Shown in pieces: positions 10,590 through 21,761 of a DNA stretch of 64,000 nucleotides. The stretch spans positions 161,946,001 to 162,010,000 of the forward strand of contig CM059425.1 in assembly GCA_030390025.1 (NCBI GenBank). The letters run 5' to 3'. This stretch comes from Squalus acanthias (taxonomy: Eukaryota). Position numbers and translations under genes: made by a program. The stretch's first letter is position 1. Every line of letters begins with the position of its first letter. Under the pieces are notes generated by a model. That model had not been told where the DNA came from. It worked only from the letters and a program-made list of their open reading frames with translations, and searched no databases.

Positions 10590-13569
10590 GTCTGGAAGAA
10601 ACTGGTTTCAGCACAAGCCTTTAAACCACCAAAAAAGTACTTCAGCACCACCCAGACCACTCCCTGTAGACTATTGAAACTTTAGACAAGTATAGGAAAG
10701 CTCCAAAAACGCATAAAGTTGCACCAGCAGCCAGAAGAAATAATCTAGCAACTAACCTGTAAGTAGTTCATGATCCTTTTAAATAGCGCTGGTAGGGGGT
10801 CCTTCATGCCGTTGAACGTGTGTTCAGCTGTGGGTGGTTAAGTGAGGGCATTGGCTGGAGCATGGCGTTCGAAAAGGGCAGCGCTGGCATCAAATCCGGG
10901 TTGCACGCTGATTGATGTCATAATCTACCTGCTCTGCATGCTGCCGGCGGTCATTAGGTGCATGCACGCGCAAACTACTATACCAAGATGGCACCCAGCG
11001 CTCTTCTCGGACTCAATTTTCGACCTTTAGGAGGCCGATTAGCGCCTAAAAAAAGCAGGCGTTAGAGCCCAATTTCTCCCCCGCTTTTGGTAAAACAACC
11101 CCATTCAAACAAAAAGATTAAAAAAATTACACAGTTGTGTTTTAGTTAAGTGAAGAGTTCCTATTTTTCAACAAGTATCACATCCCATAACCAATTTTCT
11201 CTGGTTTCAAAAACTTTGATTTTTCTTTACATTTTCATCAAACCTTATTTTTTTCAGATGAGAGGATTTAAAATAAAATCCCTCTCTGTCTGTGTTTGCT
11301 TTTCTACTCGAGTCAAGATGTGACCAATGACAGACAGCAGACACAGACGCTTGACATTGAAAAAACTAATTATTATTCTTCCGACACAGTGGCTGAAAAG
11401 TGAGGGAATATTTTGATCTGCATTTACATCTAGACAGTTTTGATCCTCTTTGCCTAGGCTTCGCATTTCCGTTGTGCTGTTAAAAAGAATGAATGAGTTT
11501 AGCCAGGGCTGTATTTCTCAACCCTGAATAAGATCATTCACTTGTTTTTCAGCAACATGGGCAATTTGAAGATCTTTATTTACCAGTTTCTGTGTACTCA
11601 TGCATTATCACTCATTTTAGTTGTGCAATTTATTTTTAATTTTTAAAATAAAATGCTGATAATTAGTGTCAATTGGAATCAGTAACTCCCTAGTTTAAAA
11701 TAACTTCTTAAAAAAATAAGATTTTGGTTCTTTTCACTGCAAAGTATTAAGGGCTCAATTTCCTTTTGATATATAGGTTAAATACAATTTTCTTTTTATG
11801 ATATAGTTAGGCATATGCAGATTTTAAACTGCATATCACTGTTTGTTGCCAATAAATAACACCATGGAGTCAATAAATGGTTAATAATCATTATTAATTG
11901 GAGTAACTTTATTGTATTGGCATTGTACAGAGTCATTTAGCATGTCATTCAGTACTAAAACTTAGCATTAATTAAACTGAGTTTCACTAGTCTTATTAAG
12001 GCTAAGCCACAGGTTCCTTCAACTAATAATTATGTCTGTATTAGAAGATATGGCTGAGACCATAGCCTAGAAATTACTTCAGGCAATATTAGTATACAAA
12101 TATTTAGCACGCTCACATCAAATTGCTCTATCCATCATTTTAACACAGGTGTTAACCTCTGCTAAAATAGTCAACAAAGGGATATTACAGAAACAAATTA
12201 AGCACTTGTCTGCTAATGTCAGATAAAGTAATTTCTAAGTTTATATCTTTGTTGCATATTTATCTAGACCACTGGAATTTGTTTTCTATCTCTTATTTAA
12301 AGATGTACGACATTGATTTACACTAAGAAAAAAAATGTCAACGTGCTGACTTGGCAAGGATGGAGAAGTCAGTAGAAATACAGTCTTGCCTTTAGTATTG
12401 AAGTTTACAATGGTTTTCAAGTTCTATTTTTTAAAATCTCAAACTGGACTTCTCTGGTAGCAGCTAATCTGCTGCACATAGATGTATTTGTTACTTAGCT
12501 AATGTGCGTCAGCTAGCTGCTATATTACATTTTTTTAACCGAGGAGCTCCAACATCATATAAATACAGTAAGACTTTCATACCATTGCTGGTTTTCTCGG
12601 GAGCCTTGGTACAACTGATCAAACACGTGGAACTGCATTTGCCTTCTGAGAATGGAAGTTTTTTTTTCAAAATCCACAAGGATTTAATTCTATGAACAGC
12701 TACTATGCGGTGCCAAACTTGTTTAGTCTAGATCTCATTAGAAATCTTCTGTTTTGTTCCAGTCCTTATTGGATACATCAGTCAATGGGCATGATTGGTG
12801 AGAGAATATGTTTATGCCCTGATACTATGATTGATGACTCTGACTGTAAATTCATATAAGCCCCTGAGGAAAACTATTAGGTACATTGGTGCACTACAGG
12901 TGTAATTAAGAGAACCTCTGGGATGCTTTTGAGACGTCTCAACCAGTCTTAATCTGCCATATCCTCCATATTATATTCACATCACAGGGTCATGGTAGAG
13001 TTTGCAAAGAGACAAATCCATTTTTAAAAATTAGGCTTCTGGAATGCTTACACCTGTTATGAAAATAGAAGTTCTTGGGGAGAGAAAAATCAGCAATGAC
13101 ACTACAGGATAAATTCAGTGATTTTGTACTCAAGTGCAGAGACTTGCTCAATGGGAGCATGGGTTGGCGAATCAGAGCTACAGTGTTGTTTCCTATGTTG
13201 CTTTTTATCTTTACAAAGTCAAATTATATCTATTTAGAGTGATACCCTATCATGGGATAATCGAGAATGAGATCGCTGAATACCAGAAACTATATGAAAC
13301 AACACAAAAGGGTACAGAATAGAACTCAATTTTGGAATTAGATTTTATTCACCAATGTTTTGAAATATTTGTTTAAACATACCCTGAAAGGTTTTTTTTT
13401 TAAGATAGTACAGTGAATCCTGTAGTTAGCTTGGAGCGGGAAGATAGCACAGGATCTCAATGACTGACTTCAGAACTAGCGGAGTAAGAAATCTCCTAAT
13501 GTTCTTTAGACCACGTGGATAGAATTTTTAAAAAATCTGGAAGCCCTGGGAGCATATATCTGTCAAATT

Positions 13570-14118
13570 GGATCCCACAACCAACGGATCAGATCGAAGC
13601 TCTGCAGTCCTGCCACATCCCGTCGTGAATGGTGGTGGACAGTGAATCAACTAACGGGAGGAGGAGGCTCCATGAACATCTCCATCCTCAATGATGGCAG
13701 AGCCCAACACGCGAGTGCAAAAGACAAGGCTGAAGCGTTTGCAACCATCTTCAGCTAGAAGTGCCGAGTGGATGATCCATATCGGCCTCCTCCTGAGGTC
13801 CCCACCATCACAGAAGCCAGTCTTCAGCCAATTTGATTCACTCCATGTGATATCAAGAAACGGCTGAGCATACTGGATATAGCAAAGGCTATAGACCCTG
13901 ACAACATCCCGGCTGTCGTGCTGAAGAATTGTGCTCCAGAACTGGCCATGCCTCTAGCCAAACAGTTCCAGTACAGCTGTAACACTGGCATCCACCCGAC
14001 AAAGTGAAAAATTGTCCAGGTATGTCCTGTTCACAAAAAGCAGGACAAATCCAATCCGGCCAATTACCGCCCCATCAGCCTACTTTCAATCATCAGCAAA
14101 GTGATGGAAGGTGTCGTT
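13570..14118 (+). mobile_element. LINE RT N-terminal fragment (CR1 group, divergent family)
   Basis: Translation includes PDNIPAVVLKNCAPELA...PVHKKQDKSNPANYRPISLLSIISKVME. Confidence 0.85.
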
Positions 14119-15174
14119 TCCGCTGTTTTGCATGCATGTAGTCCTGTGTAGTAGTTCACCAGGTCGGTACCTCATTTTTAGGTACGCCTGGTGACGGGAC
14201 GTCACCTCCACAAGGACGGTGTGGTGGGCACTTCTACCAATACTGTCATGGACAGATGCATCTGTGACAGGTAGATTGGTGAGGACGAGGTCAAGTATGT
14301 TTTTCCCTCAAGTTGGTTCTCTCAACATCTGCTGCAGGCCCAGTCTGGCAGCTATGTCCTTCAGGACTCGGCTAGCTCGGTCAGTAGTGATGCTACCCAA
14401 CCACTCTTGGTGATGGACATTGAAGTCCCCCACCCAGAGTAGACCCTGTGCCCTTGCTACCCTCAGTGCTTCTTCCAAGTGGTGTTAAGCATGGAGGAGT
14501 ACTAATTCATCAGCTGAGGGAGGGGTCCAGAGACAAAGTTGAGGACGCCCAGGGCCACTCCCTCCCGACTATATACCACCTCTGGTGGGTATGTCCTGTC
14601 CCACCGGCAGGACAGATCCAGGAATGGTGATGGAGGAGTCTGGGACGTTGGCTGAAAGGTATGATTCTATGAGTATGGTTATGTCAGGCTATTGCTTGAC
14701 TAGTGTGGGACAACTCTCCCAATTTTGGCACAAGGCCTCAGATGTTAGTGAGGAAGGCTTTGCGGGGTCTACTGGGCTGGGTGTGCCTTTGCCGTTTCCG
14801 AATCCGGTGCTTAGGTCGATGCCGGGTAGTCCATCCAGTTTTATTCTTATTGTTTTTTGTCGTGGTTTGTTACAACTGAGTGGTTTGCTAGGCCATTTCA
14901 CAGGGCAGTCAAGAGTCAACCACATTGGGCCTGGAGCCACATATAGGCCAGACTGGGTAAGGACGGCAGACTGCCTTTATTAAAGGACATTAGTGAACCA
15001 GATGGATTTTTACGACAATGCGGTAGTTTCATGGTCACCATTACTGATACTAGTTTTTTATTCCAGATTTATTTAATTAATTTAAATTCCAAAGCTGCCG
15101 TGGTCGTCTCTGGATCAATAGTCCAGGCCTCTGAATTACTAGTCCAGTAACATAACCACTATGCTACCATTCCC
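14119..15174 (-). mobile_element. 5' end of a LINE: tRNA/SINE-like head followed directly by an APE endonuclease region
   Basis: Minus strand starts GGGAATGGTAGCATAGTGG (A-box-like); about 400 bp later it encodes frameshifted TNI*GLVPKLGEL...PDITILIESYL, a typical APE N-terminus. Confidence 0.7.
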
Positions 15175-16471
15175 ATTTATATGGTCATAAAATTTCAATC
15201 AAATGTCAGATGTTTATTAAAGTGGTAAATCAAATAATTCAAAGCGACCTGAACTTGCAGAATCTTCGCCTTCTTTCTTTCTATGCTTAAAGCACTTCTT
15301 TCTATGCAACGGTTTTCAAAGGTCAGCAAGTGGAGCAGCATTCTCAGGTGGCATTCGCCATTATGAGATGTAAGGATCCTTTTGGTGAAATTTATTACTT
15401 TTAGTTTCTCCTTGACCCATCTGTGTAAGCCATGAAAACTCACAGGAATTCGAATCTTTCCCACCCCTCTTCGCCTAGGAGATTATTTTGTTTTGCCTCC
15501 AGGGTTTCTTTGTTTTCTCCATTGGGCATGAATGTGATCTTTGGTCCCAAAATGCTGACTTTTTTGCTTGAGGAATTTAATGTTATATCCATCTTATGAG
15601 TCAAAAATGTTCGTAACACTATCATAGCTCCCATGGCGATTTTCTCTACAGAATCTTAAGTAGGTTTCCTCTTTTTCACTTTTATAACACAATAATATTC
15701 CCAATCATTTGCGTTATCTTTTTGACAGCCTTATACGAAATACAATGTGCAACATTCCTCAATCAAGGGGAAAACACCTGTTGCTTTTCAAAAAAGAAAC
15801 TCAGCTGTATTACTACCAAATTTCCACCAGGATTAGTACTAATGCCAGGAAAAGGGAAAATCAAGCCTTATGAATTTTTAGAAGTTAGTGAGTATGGTAG
15901 AAAGGAACAGACGGTAAAATCTATTTTACTGCAGGCGCAGACCAAATAATTATCTTCCTTTAGACACCATCCAGTATGTACTGTACATTGTATGAAAAGA
16001 AAAGAATGCAATATTGATGGTAAATTGTCAGCTAATTACAAACTGGGCAAATCAGAGACTAACGCACAAGAAGCACCCATTTCCAGCAAAATGGAAAGAG
16101 AGAACACGAAACATATAAGCATGTTTAGATTAATTAGTGTGTTTAGATTAATGTAAAATAAAGAACAGAGAGCAAAATTGAAGTGCTGGGCAAGTAAAGT
16201 ATCCAAGAAAAATATTTTGAAATCGTATATATTTCCCGAGTTCCTTAATTAAAACTTGAATTGATAACCTAAATACAGAAAAAACAGAGCATAAATGCAT
16301 TTTTTGCAAACATTATGTTGCTGAATCATTTTTTTATGATCAGATTTATGAAATAGTTTTGCTGCACAAATCACACAAGCATTTATTTCTTGGAGAAATG
16401 CCACATGAGGATGAATAATAAAATAACGTACAAACTGAACATGACAGTCAGTTCTGAAAAGAAGCTATTAC

Positions 16472-16566
16472 CTGTTTGCTAGCAGTGCCCTGAAGGTCAA
16501 TTGACTCAGTCCCAGATTACTATGCAGCACTTTTGACCAATCCCAATTCCACTCAGTTATAGCTGA
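16472..16566 (-). CDS. KIAA0825: KIAA0825 orthologue, probable penultimate coding exon (95 bp; absent from ORF track)
   Basis: Acceptor tttatcaacAG, donor GTAATA. Encodes SAITEWNWDWSKVLHSNLGLSQLTFRALLAN(R) (recalled human: SAITKWNWNWAKLL...TFSVLLKNR). Final exon not found in the window. Confidence 0.9.
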
Positions 16567-18327
16567 CTGTTGATAAATGAAAATAAGGTATTGTTAGTTA
16601 TTAATCAGAGTTAATATGATCAGTAAATTACAGCTCCAGCTGTGATGGACTAAATAAGAAGGAGGGGGTCTTGAACAAGGGCTGAGACAGAAGATATCAA
16701 TCATGCACACAGAAGTAGTTTTTATTCCAATAAGATGACAATTAATTTATAAATTCATTTGGGGATGTAGTCATTAGTTATAAAAAGCTAAATCAATTTT
16801 TGTTGTTGCTGTTCTTTCAGGCCACAATGCTATTTTTCCCACCCACTTTTATGGGCAATCTCTGCATGAGTTTTTTTTTTAAGGTCACTAATTTATGCAA
16901 GGAAGTTTGTGGACATACTTTTTTAAAAGAGTAAAACAAAATATAAACCTTATGGAAAGGTTTGGCTCAACAGCAATGATTACATGCAAAATAACTGATC
17001 TATGAGCCCGGAGAGGAGCCACACTCAAACGGAATGTGTACTGAACAATTTGTGCTACAGTGTTGTAACCGTTTGAACATAGCTCCTCTATTGGAGTGCA
17101 AGATTAATGAATTTACCCTATTGTACTTCCAACAGAAATCTGCACTCACAAAAACAGAATGTTAAAAAATAGAGTCCTGAAAATCCTCGGCCCTGCTTTG
17201 CTGGTGTAGGTGCAGTGGAGCAGGTGCTAGTGACCATTTCTGACCCCACCAGTATGGGCACATCTTGGGCATCTGCTACATGAGTCCAGGGAGGATGGGG
17301 GAATAGGGGAAGAGCAAATATGGTGCCAGTGGCTGCTTGGGGTTGGGGGGGGGGGCGGGTTGCAGGTGCCCCCAAAGGTGCAGGCTTCCATGATGATCAG
17401 CCCCATTTTATAGGAGAGCTGATCAAAACTTTAAATTACTCCATATCAGAAGCCTTTCGGGTCACGATCCTTGCCGTGAAACCCCAGTGAACGTAACTTC
17501 GACCCCTTAACTGACTTGTATGCTGGGTTTATCCAATATCTAGGTCATAGCCAACACTGAGGAATTTCCTGATGTGGGAAATCCTTACCCTCGGCCCCAC
17601 ACTCTTCAAAGCCATGGGTCTTGTTTGGGGCAAGTGGAGGTTCCACCTGTGCCCAACTCTGTCTGAAGTGAACAGCCTCTGCTGGGACTCAGCGTATCCT
17701 AGTCCTAACCTAATTTTCACCGATTATGTCACACTTCAATGTGACATGCGAGGGGTGTGCCCCGTCTTGTCACAGATAGTTTATTAGTGTATTCATATAT
17801 TGAAAAAAAAATTACTAAGTTACAAACTGTTACAAATTTGGCTCAATACCACAGGTACAAAACAGTACATAGTTATTAATTTGAATTCCTGGACTGTTAG
17901 TTATCAATGCTGCCAAGCCACTGTTGGGAATGAGTTCAGTTAGTTCCAGGTCACTAAATGCCATACGAAGGTAGAATTTGCTTGCTATAGATTGTGTGCC
18001 TCTCGACAAATGCATCTCCTCTCAGCTGATGACAGAATGACTTTAGTGGCTGTCAAGGAGAAATCCTGAGCTCAGACCAATCATCCTCCTGGTTAAAGGA
18101 GGTTGTATGTTGGCAATCAGCTCCTGTGGATAATTGGAGGAAAGGAGGAGCTTAACTGGAAATAAAAATACAGTAAATGTTAATTTTAAAATTTAATTTG
18201 GAAAAATCTAAACACAATATAATGAATTTTAAAAATAAAACAGTATAATAGAAATCAGCAGAAAAAGCAGATAAATAATCAAGTATAAGAAAAGGAAATA
18301 TAGTTTAATACTAATTTACATAGGCTT

Positions 18328-18482
18328 TACAAAAACAAAATACTGGGAACCTGAATAAAAACCGAAAATGCTGGAAATACTCAGCAGGTCAGACAGCACC
18401 TGTGGAGAGAAATAGAGTTAACTCTGACAAAAGATCATCAACCTGAAACACTAACTCTGTTTCTCTCTCCACAGATGTTGCC
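18328..18482. mobile_element. Penelope-like mini insertion with inverted terminal segments and a degenerate hammerhead
   Basis: 12-bp TSD TTACATAGGCTT (18316-18327 / 18483-18494); both halves match the end of the Penelope copy at ~49155-49285 in opposite orientations. Confidence 0.85.
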
Positions 18483-18920
18483 TTACATAGGCTTCAGTTC
18501 TCTGCTTTCAAATAACAGACAATGGAAGTTGAATGGTGCTGCTGAGCACTGAGCACCAATAGACATTACTGTGGAGTAGGAAGGATGCAAATTAGATTTC
18601 CTACTCCATTTATTTCCTGTGTGGAGAGATATTGAGAGGAGGCTACGTCATCTCCTTACAGAGAGTGGAGAGAAAATTGGGTGTTATGTCCTGTTTAGGT
18701 GGTACTTTATGTCTCCTTGAAGACAGCTGAAAGGGCTGTCATAAGTGGTCTGTGAGCAGATCTGGCACCAGAATCCAGGCAGACTTGAGGCAAAAAAAAA
18801 AATACAGCAAGAAAATCACAAGTATATAAAAAAAAGAAACCACATTGTTAAAATAATTAATAAGAAACTAATAAAAATTATGCATGTTTTAGTTCTACTG
18901 TACTTTCATTGTACATTTAC

Positions 18921-19076
18921 CTGGTTAAAGTTACGAGAGCCAATATGGTTAAAAACATGCAAAGGGTTAAACGTCAAAGGCTGCTGAAAACACTGCAAAG
19001 TAGGTTGCCAAGGCTTCTGTGGGGCCCCTTTTTCATCTGAAAAATGTTGAGAATAAATTTGTCCCTTCAACCAATC
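18921..19076 (-). CDS. KIAA0825: KIAA0825 orthologue, internal coding exon (156 bp; absent from ORF track)
   Basis: Acceptor ttttttacctttAG, donor GTAAAT, phase 0-0. Encodes DWLKGQIYSQHFSDEKGAPQKPWQPTLQCFQQPLTFNPLHVFNHIGSRNFNQ (recalled human: EYLKEQLFS...FNPFHVY...DQ). Confidence 0.88.
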
Positions 19077-19321
19077 CTAAAGGTAAAAAAGAGAAAATAT
19101 TAATGTTGAACCAAAAAATAATGAATGAATGCACTTATTTGTATTAGTGGTTTATTTCCAAACAAATCTGTCTAAAGTCTAATGCTTTTCAAAGCTTTTT
19201 TAAAATTCCAGTAAATGAAGTATTCAATGTAACTTCACAGGCATTCTGGTATCACTATTGCCGACAAGTGCAAAACTTAAGCTCCTCAGTCTTCACAGAG
19301 AAGAAAAATAACAGACTTTAA

Positions 19322-20140
19322 GGGCTGGATTTTCTCAATGGGGGCGCGTTGCGGGCGGGACTGCTGGTTGTCGGGTTTCAGTCCCGCCCCCAACGACGTC
19401 CGGCCAACCCACGCTATTTTCCCTTGATTGACCTTGTTAAGCCCGCCCTGCGGGCTTAGCTGGCCGATTAAGGGAAAGCCGGTGACAGGACAACAGCATA
19501 TGACGTTGCATCTGTCGAAAATTTTTGACAGATGAATTGTCAGCGTTTAACAGCTTTAAGAAGCTGTCAAACACTGACAATCTCTGTTCTAAGGTGAGCC
19601 CTTGCACACAGACTCACCAAAACCTCTTTCCTCAGCAGAAATCAGATGGCTGCTGCATCTGAGAATGCAGCAGCCATTCTGTCATCTCTGCCGTTGAGAT
19701 GAGGCACCGCCGGATCCCCAAGGGTTGAAGCCTGCTGGAAGAAGCAACGGTAAGTAAACTTTTTCTAACACTTTACACTCACCTCTCATACTTGCACCCA
19801 TCACTCACCTCCACAGCGGACTTTTCGATCCCTCTCACCCCTGCAGACTCACTGCTCGCCTCACTGACCCTAGCGAGGTTCGTAGCCGTTGGGAAGCCCG
19901 CAATTGCAGGGGTAAAATGGGGATAAGCTTCTTAACTGCCTGTTAATAGGCAGTTAATTGGCTGTAATCCCCTTCCTGCCTCGAGGAGACGGGTGCCTGT
20001 GCGAGTTGGGGACTCGCCTCCCAGGAAGATGGCACGGAGGCGGGTTGGGAGCGGGTTTGGTACCTGCTCCCAGTTTCTGCCATTTTCCCGGCAGTCCCGC
20101 CTCCATACCCGCCTCCACAGGGCTGGGAAAATTCCCCCTC
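19322..20140. mobile_element. Harbinger-type non-autonomous element (MITE)
   Basis: Degenerate TIRs GGGCTGGATTTTC / GAAAATTCCCCC; GC-rich subterminal motifs like those of H2 and H4; TSD not clear. Confidence 0.65.
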
Positions 20141-20920
20141 TATCCTTTTGCATTTAGGTTATCCTTAGAAGCTTTCAAAATATATTCCTTTTGATCCCTT
20201 AAAATAAAACCACACTGCTATCAACTGTGCTAGAATCGCCCAGAAAAAGGACAATAAATTAGGACAAATAAGATGTAGTTTGCAAAATGTGTTGGAATTA
20301 GCAGATGAATTACATCTTTTTGTGGAATGTTTTAATATATTCAAATACAATTATAATTCTTATTTTTTATAAACTTGTATTGTGTTCAGAAATCCATGTT
20401 TTGGAAAAGGAAGGGTACTAGAATTGTTTGAACCATCAGTTTAAATACTAAGTTTAAATTGTATGAATTACTATGTAGGGAAAGTTAATAAGAATCTAAT
20501 GGGAATTTTATGGGAGCGAGCAACATTTTTTACATAGTCTGGTTACAAAAGTAATCATCTGACTGCACGTTTTCCTAGAGTAAGAACATTTAGAAAGATT
20601 TTCAACTGCAGAATAGTTAAATGGCGATCCATTCTCTTTTCTGGTGAGCTGAGTCCCAGTTTGTAATTGTTGTTGATATTTAGAATTCAGCAAAAGTAAA
20701 TAGCAATGTTCATGGACAGCCTAAACCTAGGAAAGAGGTACTCTATTTATCTGAGGCGTTGCTCTCCTTCAGAGCAGATTTAAAGATAAAGCCCAGAGAA
20801 GCAGTAAACAGTGCACTGATATACTACTGAAGAAAAATTGAAGTGAGGGGAATAAAAGCAACCATGACCTGGAGCTGCTGGTGTCCACAAATGTTTAATG
20901 CCCATGAAAGCAAATCAAAG

Positions 20921-21341
20921 AAAGACAGACTTGCATTATATGGCACATTTCACGACCTCAGGATATCCCAAACCACTCTACAGCCAATGAAGTACTTTTG
21001 AAGTGTAGTCATGGTTGTAATGTAGGAAACACAGCAGTCAATCTGCACACAGCAAGCTCCCACAAACAGCACTGTGATAATGACCAGATAATCTGTTTTA
21101 ATGATGTTGGTTCAGGGATAAATATTGGCCAGGACACTGGAGACAACTTGAAATAGTGCCATGGGATCTTTTATCTGAGAGGGCAGACATCTCATCCTAA
21201 AGATGGGACCTCCGACAGTGCAGCACTCCCTTAGTACTAGACTGGAGCGTCGGCCGAGATTTTGTGCTCAAGTCACTAGAGTGCGACTTGAACCCACAAT
21301 CTTCTGACTCAGAGGTGAGAGTGCTATCAGTGACCTATGGC
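20921..21341 (-). mobile_element. DeuSINE (SacSINE1-like)
   Basis: Reverse complement of the SINE at 43449-43881: tRNA-derived head with GGTTCAAGTC B box, Deu domain, L2-like tail. Confidence 0.88.
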
Positions 21342-21761
21342 AAGGTAAAACTAATGGTGTCTGAAATACATCAAGTGAAATTATGTGGGGTAGGAGATTC
21401 TTTCTAACTTAGCAGATGGCTACTGAGCTCCAAATGTACAGCAACTTTAGCTACTTTCTCCAGAAGGATAATTGCATTCCGTGCATGTTATGTAAAATAA
21501 ATTTGATTAAAATATACCTTTGGTTGAGAGTGATTGGCATGCGGTAGACGTCATTTAAAAAAAATTCAGCAATTCACGAGCAACTTACATTTATATAGGC
21601 CGCGATTTTACCATCGGCGGCGGGTTGGATGGTCGGCGGGATCCAGCCCTTGGTATTGGCACCTCACTCCATCTTTGTCTCCCTCTAAGCATCTATGTTA
21701 TGCAGTCTCTACACTCACTCCAACATCCTACCTCAAACTCCACTTGTGTCCCTCATTGCAG

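Larger units (their letters stand above)
6519..11082. mobile_element. PIF/Harbinger DNA transposon, near full length, decayed (copy H1)
   Basis: Right TIR CCCAATTTCTCCCCC; degenerate left TIR CTCGGAGAACTTGG in register; 3-bp TSD GCT (6516-6518 / 11083-11085); convergent Myb-like (+) and DDE transposase (-) genes. Confidence 0.9.
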
